From positions 83,518 to 147,517 of IMG/VR virus record IMGVR_UViG_2744054987_000003: DNA of 64,000 nt. One strand, written 5' to 3'. A program made the position numbers and the translations under genes. Below the pieces are notes generated by a model. It was not told the origin of the DNA and did not search any database. It saw only the letters and a program-made list of their open reading frames with translations. Positions 37,478-46,104 of this stretch are shown here, piece after piece. Numbering within the stretch: position 1 is the stretch's first letter; every line of letters starts with the position of its first letter. Source of the DNA: a virus. Lineage: Duplodnaviria; Caudoviricetes.

Positions 37478-39709
37478 TCACATTCCGTGGGGGTCTTCTT
37501 CAAAATCTTCATCGTCAGGGTCATCGAAATGTGGTGCATAGAAGCTGACCCAAGCATCAAGAAGGTCGTTCCAGCTCGGAGCGTTACGGCTCATAAACAT
37601 CTTGCGCCACAGCGGTGGGATGTCTTGATGACCTGCTGCGCGCTGGCGGTTACGCAGACCGGGCGCACGCGGTGGCCGCTGCTGATCGGCAGGGATATAG
37701 GGCATGTCGCCTTGCGTTTTCAAACCTAGATGCTTGTCGAAATAGTCGTTGTCGTCCTTGTGTTTGAGCCAGATGATAGCTTGCAGCTGCTTGGGCGTCA
37801 GGTGTTCAGCCGGGTTGGCGATCCCGCTGTTGACGCGGTGGGTCGCATCAAGCAGTGCGCGGTTAAACACGTCGTAGGTGTGTGGATCTGAGGGGTTCAG
37901 TCCGCCGTCTGGCAGGTAGCCCTTGCGGAACCAGCCGCCGTGCGGCATCGACGAGGCACGAATGTGATGACTGTCGATGGTGCCGCCGAGGTCTGCGTGC
38001 TGCGTCCAGTCACCGTTGGGGTGTTCGTAATAGCCCTGCTCGTTGATGGGGGTGTCATCGAGGATGTTGTTGGAGAAATGCTGGACTTTGGGACCGCCGA
38101 GGATCGCGTTGAACTGCCCAACGTCTTCGGGCGCGTCGAATATCTGTTTGGCTTTGTTGATGTTGCCACCGAGGGTGGGGATACCTGCATCACGCATGTG
38201 GAAGCGCGGCGAGTAGACGCCGCCGTTGGCGTTCTTCTTGTTACGCGCGCCCCTGACTTGACGCGCATGGTCTTCCATGACCTTATCGATTCCGTGATGC
38301 TGAATGTTGGCGATCCATTCCGCACGACGCTCGGGATCACGCAGCGTTGGCGAACTGGTGGCCTTAGCGCCTTTGCCGACCTTGGTCTGCCACAAGTCGT
38401 CGTGCATGTTGGCCAAGCGCCCCAGGTCGCGCTTGTTGGCTCGTGGTGAGCCACCGTACTGCTCGGCGTAGCGCCGCAGCGCTTCGGGGTGGACGTTGGC
38501 CATCTGCCAGTTATGCCGCTCGTCAGGATGCGGGTTGTAGTTCATCAAGAAGTTGGATGCGTTGCGGACGTTGGCATCCCAGTCGGTCTGCGGTGAGAAG
38601 GCCGACCCGATCGCCACGGCCCGCTGCGGACTCACTCCGGTGTTCTCGGCCATCTTGTTGAATAGGTCGTGCGCAGCTTTGTACCAGAATCTGCCTTTGG
38701 TGCGCTGCTGATCGTTTGCCCCGTGGTAGTGACTTACGAGGTTGTTGACCATGTCGTTGTAATTGAAGTCCGCTTTGTTCAATCGGCCCATCGGGTCGTT
38801 GTCCGGGTCTAGCGACGGGGTACGCGGAGCAGCGGCACGTCGTCTAGCGGCCCTCCAGAACTGCGGGTTGAGTGTGGCGACCTTCTGGGGGCCGAACTCG
38901 CCGTTGAGGATCAGGCTGCTGTTCTGGCCACGGGTTTCGCTAGCCAGTGCCGGGAGCGCCTGTGGGCTGAACATTTTGGAGTGCGTCAAAAATGATGCTT
39001 CTTCACCGTGACGGTCGAAGCTGCGTCCGGTGGCGGCATGGCCGAACAAGTCGTGCACGAAGCGGAACTTGTCGTTGTCGGCGTTGCTGAAATACGGGTG
39101 TCCGCCGGTGGCTGCGGTGGACAGCACCTTGAGCCGTCGGTTGTTGTTGAGGTCACCGACCATCTCGTGCACATCGGCGTAGGGGTCGTAGTCGACGAAC
39201 TCCGGCCGGATACCCATGGTGTTGACGGCGTGATCGAACTGGTTGCCGACTTCACGGCGCATCGCATCCCAGTGAGGTGCGGCGGCCTGGTCGAACTCCG
39301 GCAGCGCGTCGTAGGCCCGTCCGACGTCGCGCACCGACTGCGGGGTGCGCGCGATGGTGCTGTAGTCCATGTCGTGGGGATCGCCCAGGCCGACTTTCGA
39401 GTTGTAGCCGCGAGCGCCTTGGATGGCGAACTGCACCGGCTGAAAGCTGTTGTGGATCTGCCAGCCGCGCGGGTCGGCTAGGCGTGCCTCCTGTTCAGCC
39501 CACGGCAGTGCCGCGAGACGGTGGTGATGCAGATGCCGTCCGCAGGCCGTGTGGGCGCAGCCGAACAATCGCAGCATCCAGTCAAGGTCGGGGTGACCGT
39601 CTTGGTCACGGTCGATCTCCGGCGGCAGCTCAGAGCCAACACGCAGATCGGATCGCCAGAAGGCTGCCAGTTCGACTTGTTCGCGCGCGGTGATGATGCG
39701 TCGTGCCAT
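37478..39709 (-). CDS. Multidomain protein: leader, zincin-like domain, HhH-glycosylase-like domain
   Basis: MARRIITAREQ; FRFVHDLFGH..GEE..ETRGQNS; WY..A...SPQTDW..N, GPKV..F, TIDSH, QAIIW. Confidence 0.6.
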   Translation of the reverse strand: MARRIITAREQVELAAFWRSDLRVGSELPPEIDRDQDGHPDLDWMLRLFGCAHTACGRHLHHHRLAALPWAEQEARLADPRGWQIHNSFQPVQFAIQGARGYNSKVGLGDPHDMDYSTIARTPQSVRDVGRAYDALPEFDQAAAPHWDAMRREVGNQFDHAVNTMGIRPEFVDYDPYADVHEMVGDLNNNRRLKVLSTAATGGHPYFSNADNDKFRFVHDLFGHAATGRSFDRHGEEASFLTHSKMFSPQALPALASETRGQNSSLILNGEFGPQKVATLNPQFWRAARRRAAAPRTPSLDPDNDPMGRLNKADFNYNDMVNNLVSHYHGANDQQRTKGRFWYKAAHDLFNKMAENTGVSPQRAVAIGSAFSPQTDWDANVRNASNFLMNYNPHPDERHNWQMANVHPEALRRYAEQYGGSPRANKRDLGRLANMHDDLWQTKVGKGAKATSSPTLRDPERRAEWIANIQHHGIDKVMEDHARQVRGARNKKNANGGVYSPRFHMRDAGIPTLGGNINKAKQIFDAPEDVGQFNAILGGPKVQHFSNNILDDTPINEQGYYEHPNGDWTQHADLGGTIDSHHIRASSMPHGGWFRKGYLPDGGLNPSDPHTYDVFNRALLDATHRVNSGIANPAEHLTPKQLQAIIWLKHKDDNDYFDKHLGLKTQGDMPYIPADQQRPPRAPGLRNRQRAAGHQDIPPLWRKMFMSRNAPSWNDLLDAWVSFYAPHFDDPDDEDFEEDPHGM

Positions 39710-39712
39710 GGG

Positions 39713-40762
39713 CTACTCCGAGTTGGCGATGTCAGCGAGGTCTGCCTTGAGCTGGTTGATGTCGAAGCCCAGCGGCGACTCGCCGTCGGGGCCGAGGTAA
39801 TCCTGGGAGACATAGGCCAGCGCCTCATCGCTGAACTGGCGGTATCCGGCCGGGGTGATCTCTTGCAGCTTCCCCCAGCTGACGCACACGAAGTTGCCGT
39901 TGGCGCGGCGACCGATAACCGGAACGTAGTGCCCGCCTTCAAGATGCGGACGGCGTACCGCGTCCCATGGCTGGCCGTTGTTGAAGGCGTCCATCCATTC
40001 GCTGGGGAACTGCACACCCACGCCGACGGCACCGAACAGGTAGGCGGCCTCGGCCAGTTCCTGGGTGTCGCCGGGGGTCAGCGCCAGGTATGCGCCGATC
40101 TTGTGCAGCGTACCCGCGTCGTCGGCGAAGCCGCTCTTTTGCCGGATCTTGGCGGCGGCCACCATGTCGGTGCCCTGGTCGGTGCTCGGATCGGCGGGGT
40201 TGTAGCCGGTCCACTGTTCGTAGTATTTGATGCCGTCGCTGTCGGCGAACGGGGCCTGCTTGCCGAAACCGTTGAGGGTCCACAGCAGGGTCTCGTGGAT
40301 GGCCCCGGCGATGACGCAGTCACCGACGGTGTCGTTGCCGTACATGCCCCACGACTGGGGAATGTCGGTCAGACCGAACTCGGTCGGCACCGGCGGCAGG
40401 GGGTCCGGTCCCGGCGTCGGTTCGGGTTCGGGCGTCGGTTCGGGTTCGGGCGTCGGCTCCGGGTCGGGCTGTGGAGTTGGCTCAGGGGTCGGCGTGGGGT
40501 CTGGTTCCGGTGCCGGTGCGGGAACCGGGAACGGGCCGAAAATCTGTTCCAGCAGCTGGATCAGCCATTGGACGAGGGGGTCGTTGTAGAAGTTGCCGTT
40601 GCCGAGGTCGGCTGTGAAAGCGCCGATGGCGCGCTTCACGTCAGCTTCGTTGCCGAGCGCGGCCAGCAACAGTGCTTCGGGGCTGCGGTTGGTGGCGTAG
40701 TCGCGGAACCGCAGACTGACCGCGCCCGTACGTGCAGGCTTCTTGCCCAGCTTGTAGCTCAT
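39713..40762 (-). CDS. Papain-like cysteine peptidase with Pro-Glu-Pro-Thr linker
   Basis: GNDTVGDCVIAG, GGHYV, VSWG catalytic pattern. Confidence 0.75.
   Translation of the reverse strand: MSYKLGKKPARTGAVSLRFRDYATNRSPEALLLAALGNEADVKRAIGAFTADLGNGNFYNDPLVQWLIQLLEQIFGPFPVPAPAPEPDPTPTPEPTPQPDPEPTPEPEPTPEPEPTPGPDPLPPVPTEFGLTDIPQSWGMYGNDTVGDCVIAGAIHETLLWTLNGFGKQAPFADSDGIKYYEQWTGYNPADPSTDQGTDMVAAAKIRQKSGFADDAGTLHKIGAYLALTPGDTQELAEAAYLFGAVGVGVQFPSEWMDAFNNGQPWDAVRRPHLEGGHYVPVIGRRANGNFVCVSWGKLQEITPAGYRQFSDEALAYVSQDYLGPDGESPLGFDINQLKADLADIANSE
40400..40530 (-). repeat. 18-bp-type repeats encoding a (PEPTPE)n linker
   Basis: GGCGTCGGTTCGGGTTCG repeated. Confidence 0.85.
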
Positions 40763-40817
40763 AGAAAGACCTCCCTGTCACCTATTCAGGCAGCAGGGAG
40801 GTCTTGTGCTCGAAGGT

Positions 40818-41045
40818 CTAAGCAGACGTCATGCGTCGCCTCCCTGCGGCATACCGCTGAGAAATTTTCAGGGGAGGTCCGCCAGGCTTGACTGGCGTCG
40901 AACTGACATTGGAGGTTTCACTGTGGGATTGCGACTGAATGAGATTAGAGTAACGGCGCTCGCCCACCTCTAGCCCGTATGCCTCGCTAAGGCAGATACC
41001 GGGGTAGCGGGCACGCCATTTTTCAAGAATGCGTTGTGCGTTCAT
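40818..41045 (-). CDS. Hypothetical protein
   Basis: ATGA coupling, MNAQRILEKW. Confidence 0.5.
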   Translation of the reverse strand: MNAQRILEKWRARYPGICLSEAYGLEVGERRYSNLIQSQSHSETSNVSSTPVKPGGPPLKISQRYAAGRRRMTSA

Positions 41046-41617
41046 TGGCGCGCACCTCCTTTTGCAATCTGATCGTGCACAAACGGAAAGCTCTTGTAGT
41101 ACTTTTGCTCTGCGTTGTCGAACAGCCCGATTTGGTTTCGTTGGAGTGCTGCCCCACCGGCCTCCCACGGGTCGTCGAAGACCTCGGGGATGTCACTGTA
41201 CCACTGCGGATGATGATCTGGGTGCTGTGCAACTTCGTCTTCGTCAGTGATCTTGGGGAACTCCCAGCCGCCGATGCCCTCCTCGTCGGGGTAAGTCTCC
41301 CGGTGGTTTCTCAATGAGTGCGGCGAGGGCAGTGTCGGAACCCTTTGCTCACCATAGTCCTTAGAGACCGTGTAGCCGGTTGTGGGCTTGTCGTCGTCAG
41401 AGAGAGTGTGGACCTTATTGCCGTCCTCGTCGTACTTGTCCAGCACGGTGAACCCAGGGCTGTCGTGGAAGACGGCCCTGTCGTATGCCTTGCGCGCCAG
41501 ATCGGCGTAGTACTGAGCATCCAGATCGCCTGGGGCTGCTTGCCGTCTCGCAGCGACGCGCGCCCACCAGGGCACGAAGTGGAACGGCTGATCCGACTGA
41601 ATCTCAACGGGACGCAT
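41042..41617 (-). CDS. Hypothetical protein with leader-like N-terminus
   Basis: GGAGG RBS; MRPVEIQSDQ..VPWW..RRQAA; GFT/GYTVS/GGW/NQIGLFD pattern. Confidence 0.75.
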   Translation of the reverse strand: MRPVEIQSDQPFHFVPWWARVAARRQAAPGDLDAQYYADLARKAYDRAVFHDSPGFTVLDKYDEDGNKVHTLSDDDKPTTGYTVSKDYGEQRVPTLPSPHSLRNHRETYPDEEGIGGWEFPKITDEDEVAQHPDHHPQWYSDIPEVFDDPWEAGGAALQRNQIGLFDNAEQKYYKSFPFVHDQIAKGGARQ

Positions 41618-41634
41618 GAGACCTCCTCGTTTAT

Positions 41635-41865
41635 TCAGGCGTCAGGTAGCGGGTAGTTCAGCAGCTTTTCGACATCGCGCATCAGACGTCGACGACGCCA
41701 GTGCTCGGGTTCAGGGCAGGTGTCATGCTTGGTGCCCAGCCAGTTGCTCGTCGCGGTGTCGCCTTCGCGCCAGCGTTTTCTGCAAGCATCACAATGCGGC
41801 GGCAAGATGACCCAACCATGTGGACCGAGCATCCACAGTTCTTCGTGGGCCAGCTCTTTGGTCAC
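41635..41865 (-). CDS. Small Cys/His protein
   Basis: CDAC...HDTC; coupled. Confidence 0.6.
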   Translation of the reverse strand: MTKELAHEELWMLGPHGWVILPPHCDACRKRWREGDTATSNWLGTKHDTCPEPEHWRRRRLMRDVEKLLNYPLPDA

Positions 41866-42281
41866 CGCAGCGCTCTCCAGTCATCCATGTCAGCGCCGGT
41901 GAGTACTCGTACTCGGTCGGCACCGAATCGCGTTACAGCGACGGCCTGATCGAAGTCGAGACGCTGCTGATCGGTATACGTTTCTCGATCCCAGCCCTTG
42001 CTGAAGGGGCTGCGGATGCACAGTATGCCGACGCGCTCGGAGGTAGGGTGTTCGCGCTCCCAACGCTCCCGGCGTTCTTCTTCTTCACGATCACGACGCT
42101 TGCAGTAGTCGTGGAACTCTTTGCTCTCGCTGTCGATCAATCGCCCATCAGGGCACTCGATGCCGTGAAAGATGTGGCCGTCACCATTGCTCATGGCGCG
42201 AGCAAAACCAAGCGCCTCATCGAGACTGTCCTCCTCCTCACAGTAGGCGCAGCAGCCCCAGATTAGATACGCGCCGCTCAC
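41862..42281 (-). CDS. Hypothetical protein
   Basis: GTG start at upstream stop. Confidence 0.6.
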   Translation of the reverse strand: MSGAYLIWGCCAYCEEEDSLDEALGFARAMSNGDGHIFHGIECPDGRLIDSESKEFHDYCKRRDREEEERRERWEREHPTSERVGILCIRSPFSKGWDRETYTDQQRLDFDQAVAVTRFGADRVRVLTGADMDDWRALR

Positions 42282-42433
42282 TAGTGTGCACACCAGCAGT
42301 CAAGACAAAGATCCGTCGCGCCGACAGCCCAATCGGTGCCGCAGCCTGAGCATGAACGCCAGCCGTGCGCAGTCATCGTCTTGTCGAACTCGGCATCCTC
42401 CCCCGGAGGCTTGCGTTCAAGGTCCAGGCTCAT
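42281..42433 (-). CDS. Small Zn-ribbon protein (absent from ORF track)
   Basis: AGGGAG RBS; MSLDLERK...CSGC...CLDC. Confidence 0.5.
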   Translation of the reverse strand: MSLDLERKPPGEDAEFDKTMTAHGWRSCSGCGTDWAVGATDLCLDCWCAH

Positions 42434-42461
42434 ATGCGCTCCCTAGCTAGACCGCCGCTCA

Positions 42462-42626
42462 TCAGTAGCGGCCCGCAGCGACGTCGATGCGGAACTGCTG
42501 ACGGGAGTGACGACGCTCGGCGCGCTTCTGCGAAGCGTTCGCGCGCTTGGTGCGTTCGCCGCAGCACTTGCCGCACGGAGGCTGACGGGTCACGCCGAGC
42601 ATGCCGGTGTGAGTTCCGGTGGTCAT
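42462..42626 (-). CDS. Small basic Cys-containing protein
   Basis: AAGGAGG RBS; MTTGTHTGMLG..CGKCC..KRAERR. Confidence 0.55.
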   Translation of the reverse strand: MTTGTHTGMLGVTRQPPCGKCCGERTKRANASQKRAERRHSRQQFRIDVAAGRY

Positions 42627-42779
42627 CGGTGCCCTCCTTGGGGTCGAAGTTCCGCTCGTGGAACAGCAAGATGTGCAGCTCGTTGGACAGGTCACGCCGG
42701 TAGGTGTGGGCATCGATCCTGGACCAGTCTTCCACCTCGCGCTCCCCTTGCTAGTGGCTATACAAATACTATACCGCAG

Positions 42780-44381
42780 CTAGTTAGGTGGGTCCATTCT
42801 CTCCCAGACGTAGACGGCGGTCCCTGCGTTGTGTACCTGCACGACGCTGCCGTTTGCGTATCCGGCCATGATCTCGGCATGTCGTTGTGGCTCACGATTA
42901 CGCACCTCGTTTTCGCGGACATGCCAGTTCCAGAAGCTCGGCTGGTTCTTGATGAACCTTGCCCCAGGCAGGCCAGTCACACTCGACCCGTCGTAGTGAT
43001 TCAGGTCGACGTAGTAGACGATGGAGTTGGTCTTCGGATTGTCGGCAATGATTGCCTTCCAGAGCTTGGTGGCACCCCCAGAAACGCTGTGCCCCAGACG
43101 GCACGCGCCCCGAGCTATCTCCATATCGTAACGACCTTTGCCGAAGTAGGCTTGTCCCACCGTGTAGCACATCAGATCCATCCCGGTGTTCTTGTCGACC
43201 AAAACATACGCCCACTTCGCTGGGCGATACCCCTGGATGTTGTTGGTCTCGAAGAATGACTTCATCTCAATGGCGGGCCGCTTCTCCACACGAGTCCCGC
43301 GTGCACCGACCCGATTCTCTGTGCGCCCCAGCGCGTGAGTGATCATGTTCTCGTAGATAGCGCGTTTATGCGGCTGGGACCACAAGTGCTCCCATACATG
43401 GATCAGCCGAACGCCGATGGCTTGGCAGCGAAGGGTCTTTTCGAGATGGTAGTTGCGATCTCTGAACTTTGCGGAGTGCCAGTAGGTTCCGTTGAACTCA
43501 ATACCGAGCCTGTGCTCGGCGGAGTAGATGTCGATCTCGTGCGGAGGAATGACTGAGCGTGTCGTGATCGTTGGTATCTCCCACTCGCCCAGCAGGCTCC
43601 TGATCTCGGCTTCACAGTAGGAGACATAGTGATCCAGCTCGTCCCAGAGACCTAGCTGCCGGATCTTTGCGGCCAGGTAGAAGTCGCTGACACCGAGACT
43701 GACCTCTAACCCACGAATGGAGCGGATGCCTCGTTCGCGTATATAGGCCAACGCAGTTTCTCGGGTTGCGAAGATTGCACTGACCTCTGGCCCCACTTTC
43801 GTCAGGGAGATGGCGGTGTTGACTGTTTGGTTCTGTTCCGGTGTGCGTCGATGCTGCGAAGGGATGATCTCGACATTCTGCTGCTTCAGATACCGAGAGA
43901 CGGTGCCGGTGGTCGTGTCCTCTATCTCAGCGATCTCGGCAATCGAATGGCCCTGTTCGTAAAGAGACTTCATGCGCTCTCCCCACTGCTTTCGACCAGG
44001 GCGATCAGCCAGTAATCCGGCGCGCTTGAGCCACTTGTTGGCCGTTCCCTGCGAAACACCGAAGTGCTCGCCCACCTTCTTGGCTGAGCCGCGACGTCGC
44101 ACGCCTCCGGTCGACAGTGTGGTCTCAACGATCGTGCCCTCCCACACAGCGGGAAGTTGGTCTTTGATCTGCTCGTAGCGCGCATCCTTGTTGTAACGAC
44201 CTCGCGCACCATCACTTTTGATGCCGATGCGCCTGCGCCGGATGTAGACCGTGTTTGCAGGAACGGCCTTCCCAAGCCTCTCGGAGAGGAATGCAGCGAT
44301 CTCGTCGTCGGTCTTGCGCTCAACCTCATACATACGACGGATGTCATCGTCAAACGGCTCTAGCGTTGATCTAGGCGGCAT
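42780..44381 (-). CDS. Hef-like free-standing homing endonuclease with N-terminal HTH repeats
   Basis: EIDIY...GIEFNGTYWHS...YHLEKT..C...LIHVWE..W, then GAR...FF..NNIQG. Confidence 0.8.
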   Translation of the reverse strand: MPPRSTLEPFDDDIRRMYEVERKTDDEIAAFLSERLGKAVPANTVYIRRRRIGIKSDGARGRYNKDARYEQIKDQLPAVWEGTIVETTLSTGGVRRRGSAKKVGEHFGVSQGTANKWLKRAGLLADRPGRKQWGERMKSLYEQGHSIAEIAEIEDTTTGTVSRYLKQQNVEIIPSQHRRTPEQNQTVNTAISLTKVGPEVSAIFATRETALAYIRERGIRSIRGLEVSLGVSDFYLAAKIRQLGLWDELDHYVSYCEAEIRSLLGEWEIPTITTRSVIPPHEIDIYSAEHRLGIEFNGTYWHSAKFRDRNYHLEKTLRCQAIGVRLIHVWEHLWSQPHKRAIYENMITHALGRTENRVGARGTRVEKRPAIEMKSFFETNNIQGYRPAKWAYVLVDKNTGMDLMCYTVGQAYFGKGRYDMEIARGACRLGHSVSGGATKLWKAIIADNPKTNSIVYYVDLNHYDGSSVTGLPGARFIKNQPSFWNWHVRENEVRNREPQRHAEIMAGYANGSVVQVHNAGTAVYVWERMDPPN

Positions 44382-44387
44382 CAAGCG

Positions 44388-44417
44388 AGTATATAGTCAG
44401 GCGGAATGCTCTGTCAA
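44388..44417 (-). promoter_or_regulatory. Near-consensus SigA promoter, leaderless endonuclease mRNA
   Basis: TTGACA-18nt-TATACT-6nt-ATG. Confidence 0.8.
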
Positions 44418-44427
44418 CGGCCTGCCG

Positions 44428-44467
44428 GAAAAGCAAAACCCCCGCCTCTTGTGAAGACAGGGGTTTG
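44428..44467 (-). terminator. Terminator after major capsid gene
   Basis: AAACCCCTGTCTT-CAC-AAGAGGCGGGGGTTTTGCTTTT. Confidence 0.8.
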
Positions 44468-44498
44468 CTGTACAGCTGAAAGCAGCTGGTCAGAGCCG

Positions 44499-45500
44499 TT
44501 AGCTGGTCTTGCGCAGGATGATGATGCCGCGAGGGTTGATCACCGCCATGCCGACCAATTCGTCCATCACCCAGCCCTTCATGAAGCGCTCGGTCTGGTT
44601 GTCCTCCTCGACGTCCAGCGAGTACATCACCGGGAAGACACCCAAGTACTCGGGGTCCGGGGTGAGGTAGACGGTGCCGCGCGGGATGATGATCGACTTG
44701 CCGATCTGGAACTCACCGAACTGCACGATCCGCTCGCCAGCGACGATCGAGTCCTTGAAGGCCCAACCGGCGTTGTTGATGTCGAACCGGTAGAAGTCCC
44801 GGTACTCGATCGGCCCACACAGCAGCCGGGAGCTTTCCAGCATGCGGCTGTCGGTGAAGGCCACGGCGGTGTACAGGTCACCCGGCTCGATGTAGGAACC
44901 GGCGATCTTGACCTCGTTCGGCAGGCTGCCGGTGCCGGGGTTGGCGGTGGCGTCGACCTTGCGGTACTCCTGCGCGGCGACTTCCAGCAGCGTGACCAGG
45001 CGGCTGTCTTCCTGCCGCATGATCGCCTGCTTGGAGAAGTCCTGGGTGTACTCGACGATGTTCGAGCGCAGCCAGTACAGGTCTTCCTTCTTGACCTGCG
45101 GGAAGGTCGCGATACGGAACAGGTCGACCATCATGCGCTTGCCCTCGAACGGGGTGATCTTGACTTCACCCTCGTTGCCGTGCAGGTAGTACGCCTGACC
45201 CAGCTGGTCGAGCACGTCGTACATGACGGGCACGCCGGGGGTCAGCGCGTCCTCCAGCAGGACGTTGCGCAGGATGCCCTGGTAGCGCAGCTGAAGCTGA
45301 ATCGGGCCGATCATCGACTGGCCCAGACGCAGCATCCCGTTCTGGCGGTCAGCCAGGATGTGCGCCAGCTTCGTCTGCTTCTCAGCGGCGGTCAGCTTCC
45401 GGCCGAGGCGCTGCTGCGCCGCGACCATCTCGGTGACGTAGTCGTCGGACTTCTTGGCGTAACGACCGAAGCCCGAACCGATTGCGGTGGGAAGGCTCAT
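44499..45500 (-). CDS. Major capsid protein (333 aa)
   Basis: AAGGAG RBS, MSLPTAIGSG; HK97-type ending GWVMDELVGMAVINPRGI; followed by terminator. Confidence 0.9.
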   Translation of the reverse strand: MSLPTAIGSGFGRYAKKSDDYVTEMVAAQQRLGRKLTAAEKQTKLAHILADRQNGMLRLGQSMIGPIQLQLRYQGILRNVLLEDALTPGVPVMYDVLDQLGQAYYLHGNEGEVKITPFEGKRMMVDLFRIATFPQVKKEDLYWLRSNIVEYTQDFSKQAIMRQEDSRLVTLLEVAAQEYRKVDATANPGTGSLPNEVKIAGSYIEPGDLYTAVAFTDSRMLESSRLLCGPIEYRDFYRFDINNAGWAFKDSIVAGERIVQFGEFQIGKSIIIPRGTVYLTPDPEYLGVFPVMYSLDVEEDNQTERFMKGWVMDELVGMAVINPRGIIILRKTS

Positions 45501-45529
45501 TGTTGTTTCTCCTTGTCCTGTATCCGGGC

Positions 45530-46063
45530 CTAGCTCGCGCCCACAGCGACAGCGCTGGTGAGGTTGAAGCGGTTCAGGCGGACCAGAATCTTGTCGGTCG
45601 AGATGACGTCGATCAGCTCGGCGACCGCGTTGGCGTGCGTCGCGCCGGTCGGCGTCAGCAGACCGCTGGAGTTGCCGGTCAGCAGCACGAAGCCGCCGTC
45701 GGTGACCTGGCTGCCACTCCAGTCGGCGGTCTGGTCGAAGGCGGGGGCGAGGATCTCGAACACGGCCTGTTCGCCGCCGACCCAGACGGTGAAGTTGTTC
45801 GCGCCGGTCGAAACGACCTCGTCGATGCCCAGCTTGGGTGCGACGAACAAGGCCGACAGACCGAACGGCTTCTGGTTGCCTGCGCCGGTGTAGGGGGCGA
45901 ACAGCTCGCCTTCCTTGCGGTACATGACCGTGCCGGGCAGGATGTCGGTGCTGCGGTCCCAGTCGGGGTCCAGGTAGCCAGCCCAGGCGGTGGCCTGGTG
46001 CTGTGCGTAGATTGGCCGCAACGTGCGCTGCTGCGCCGGGTTTGCGGGAGTCACGAGAAACAT
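45530..46063 (-). CDS. Capsid decoration/cement protein
   Basis: Directly before MCP; ILPGTVM, PFGL motifs. Confidence 0.7.
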   Translation of the reverse strand: MFLVTPANPAQQRTLRPIYAQHQATAWAGYLDPDWDRSTDILPGTVMYRKEGELFAPYTGAGNQKPFGLSALFVAPKLGIDEVVSTGANNFTVWVGGEQAVFEILAPAFDQTADWSGSQVTDGGFVLLTGNSSGLLTPTGATHANAVAELIDVISTDKILVRLNRFNLTSAVAVGAS

Positions 46064-46104
46064 GACGTGTATTCCTTTCTATGCGCCGGTTGGCGATAGC
46101 GGGT

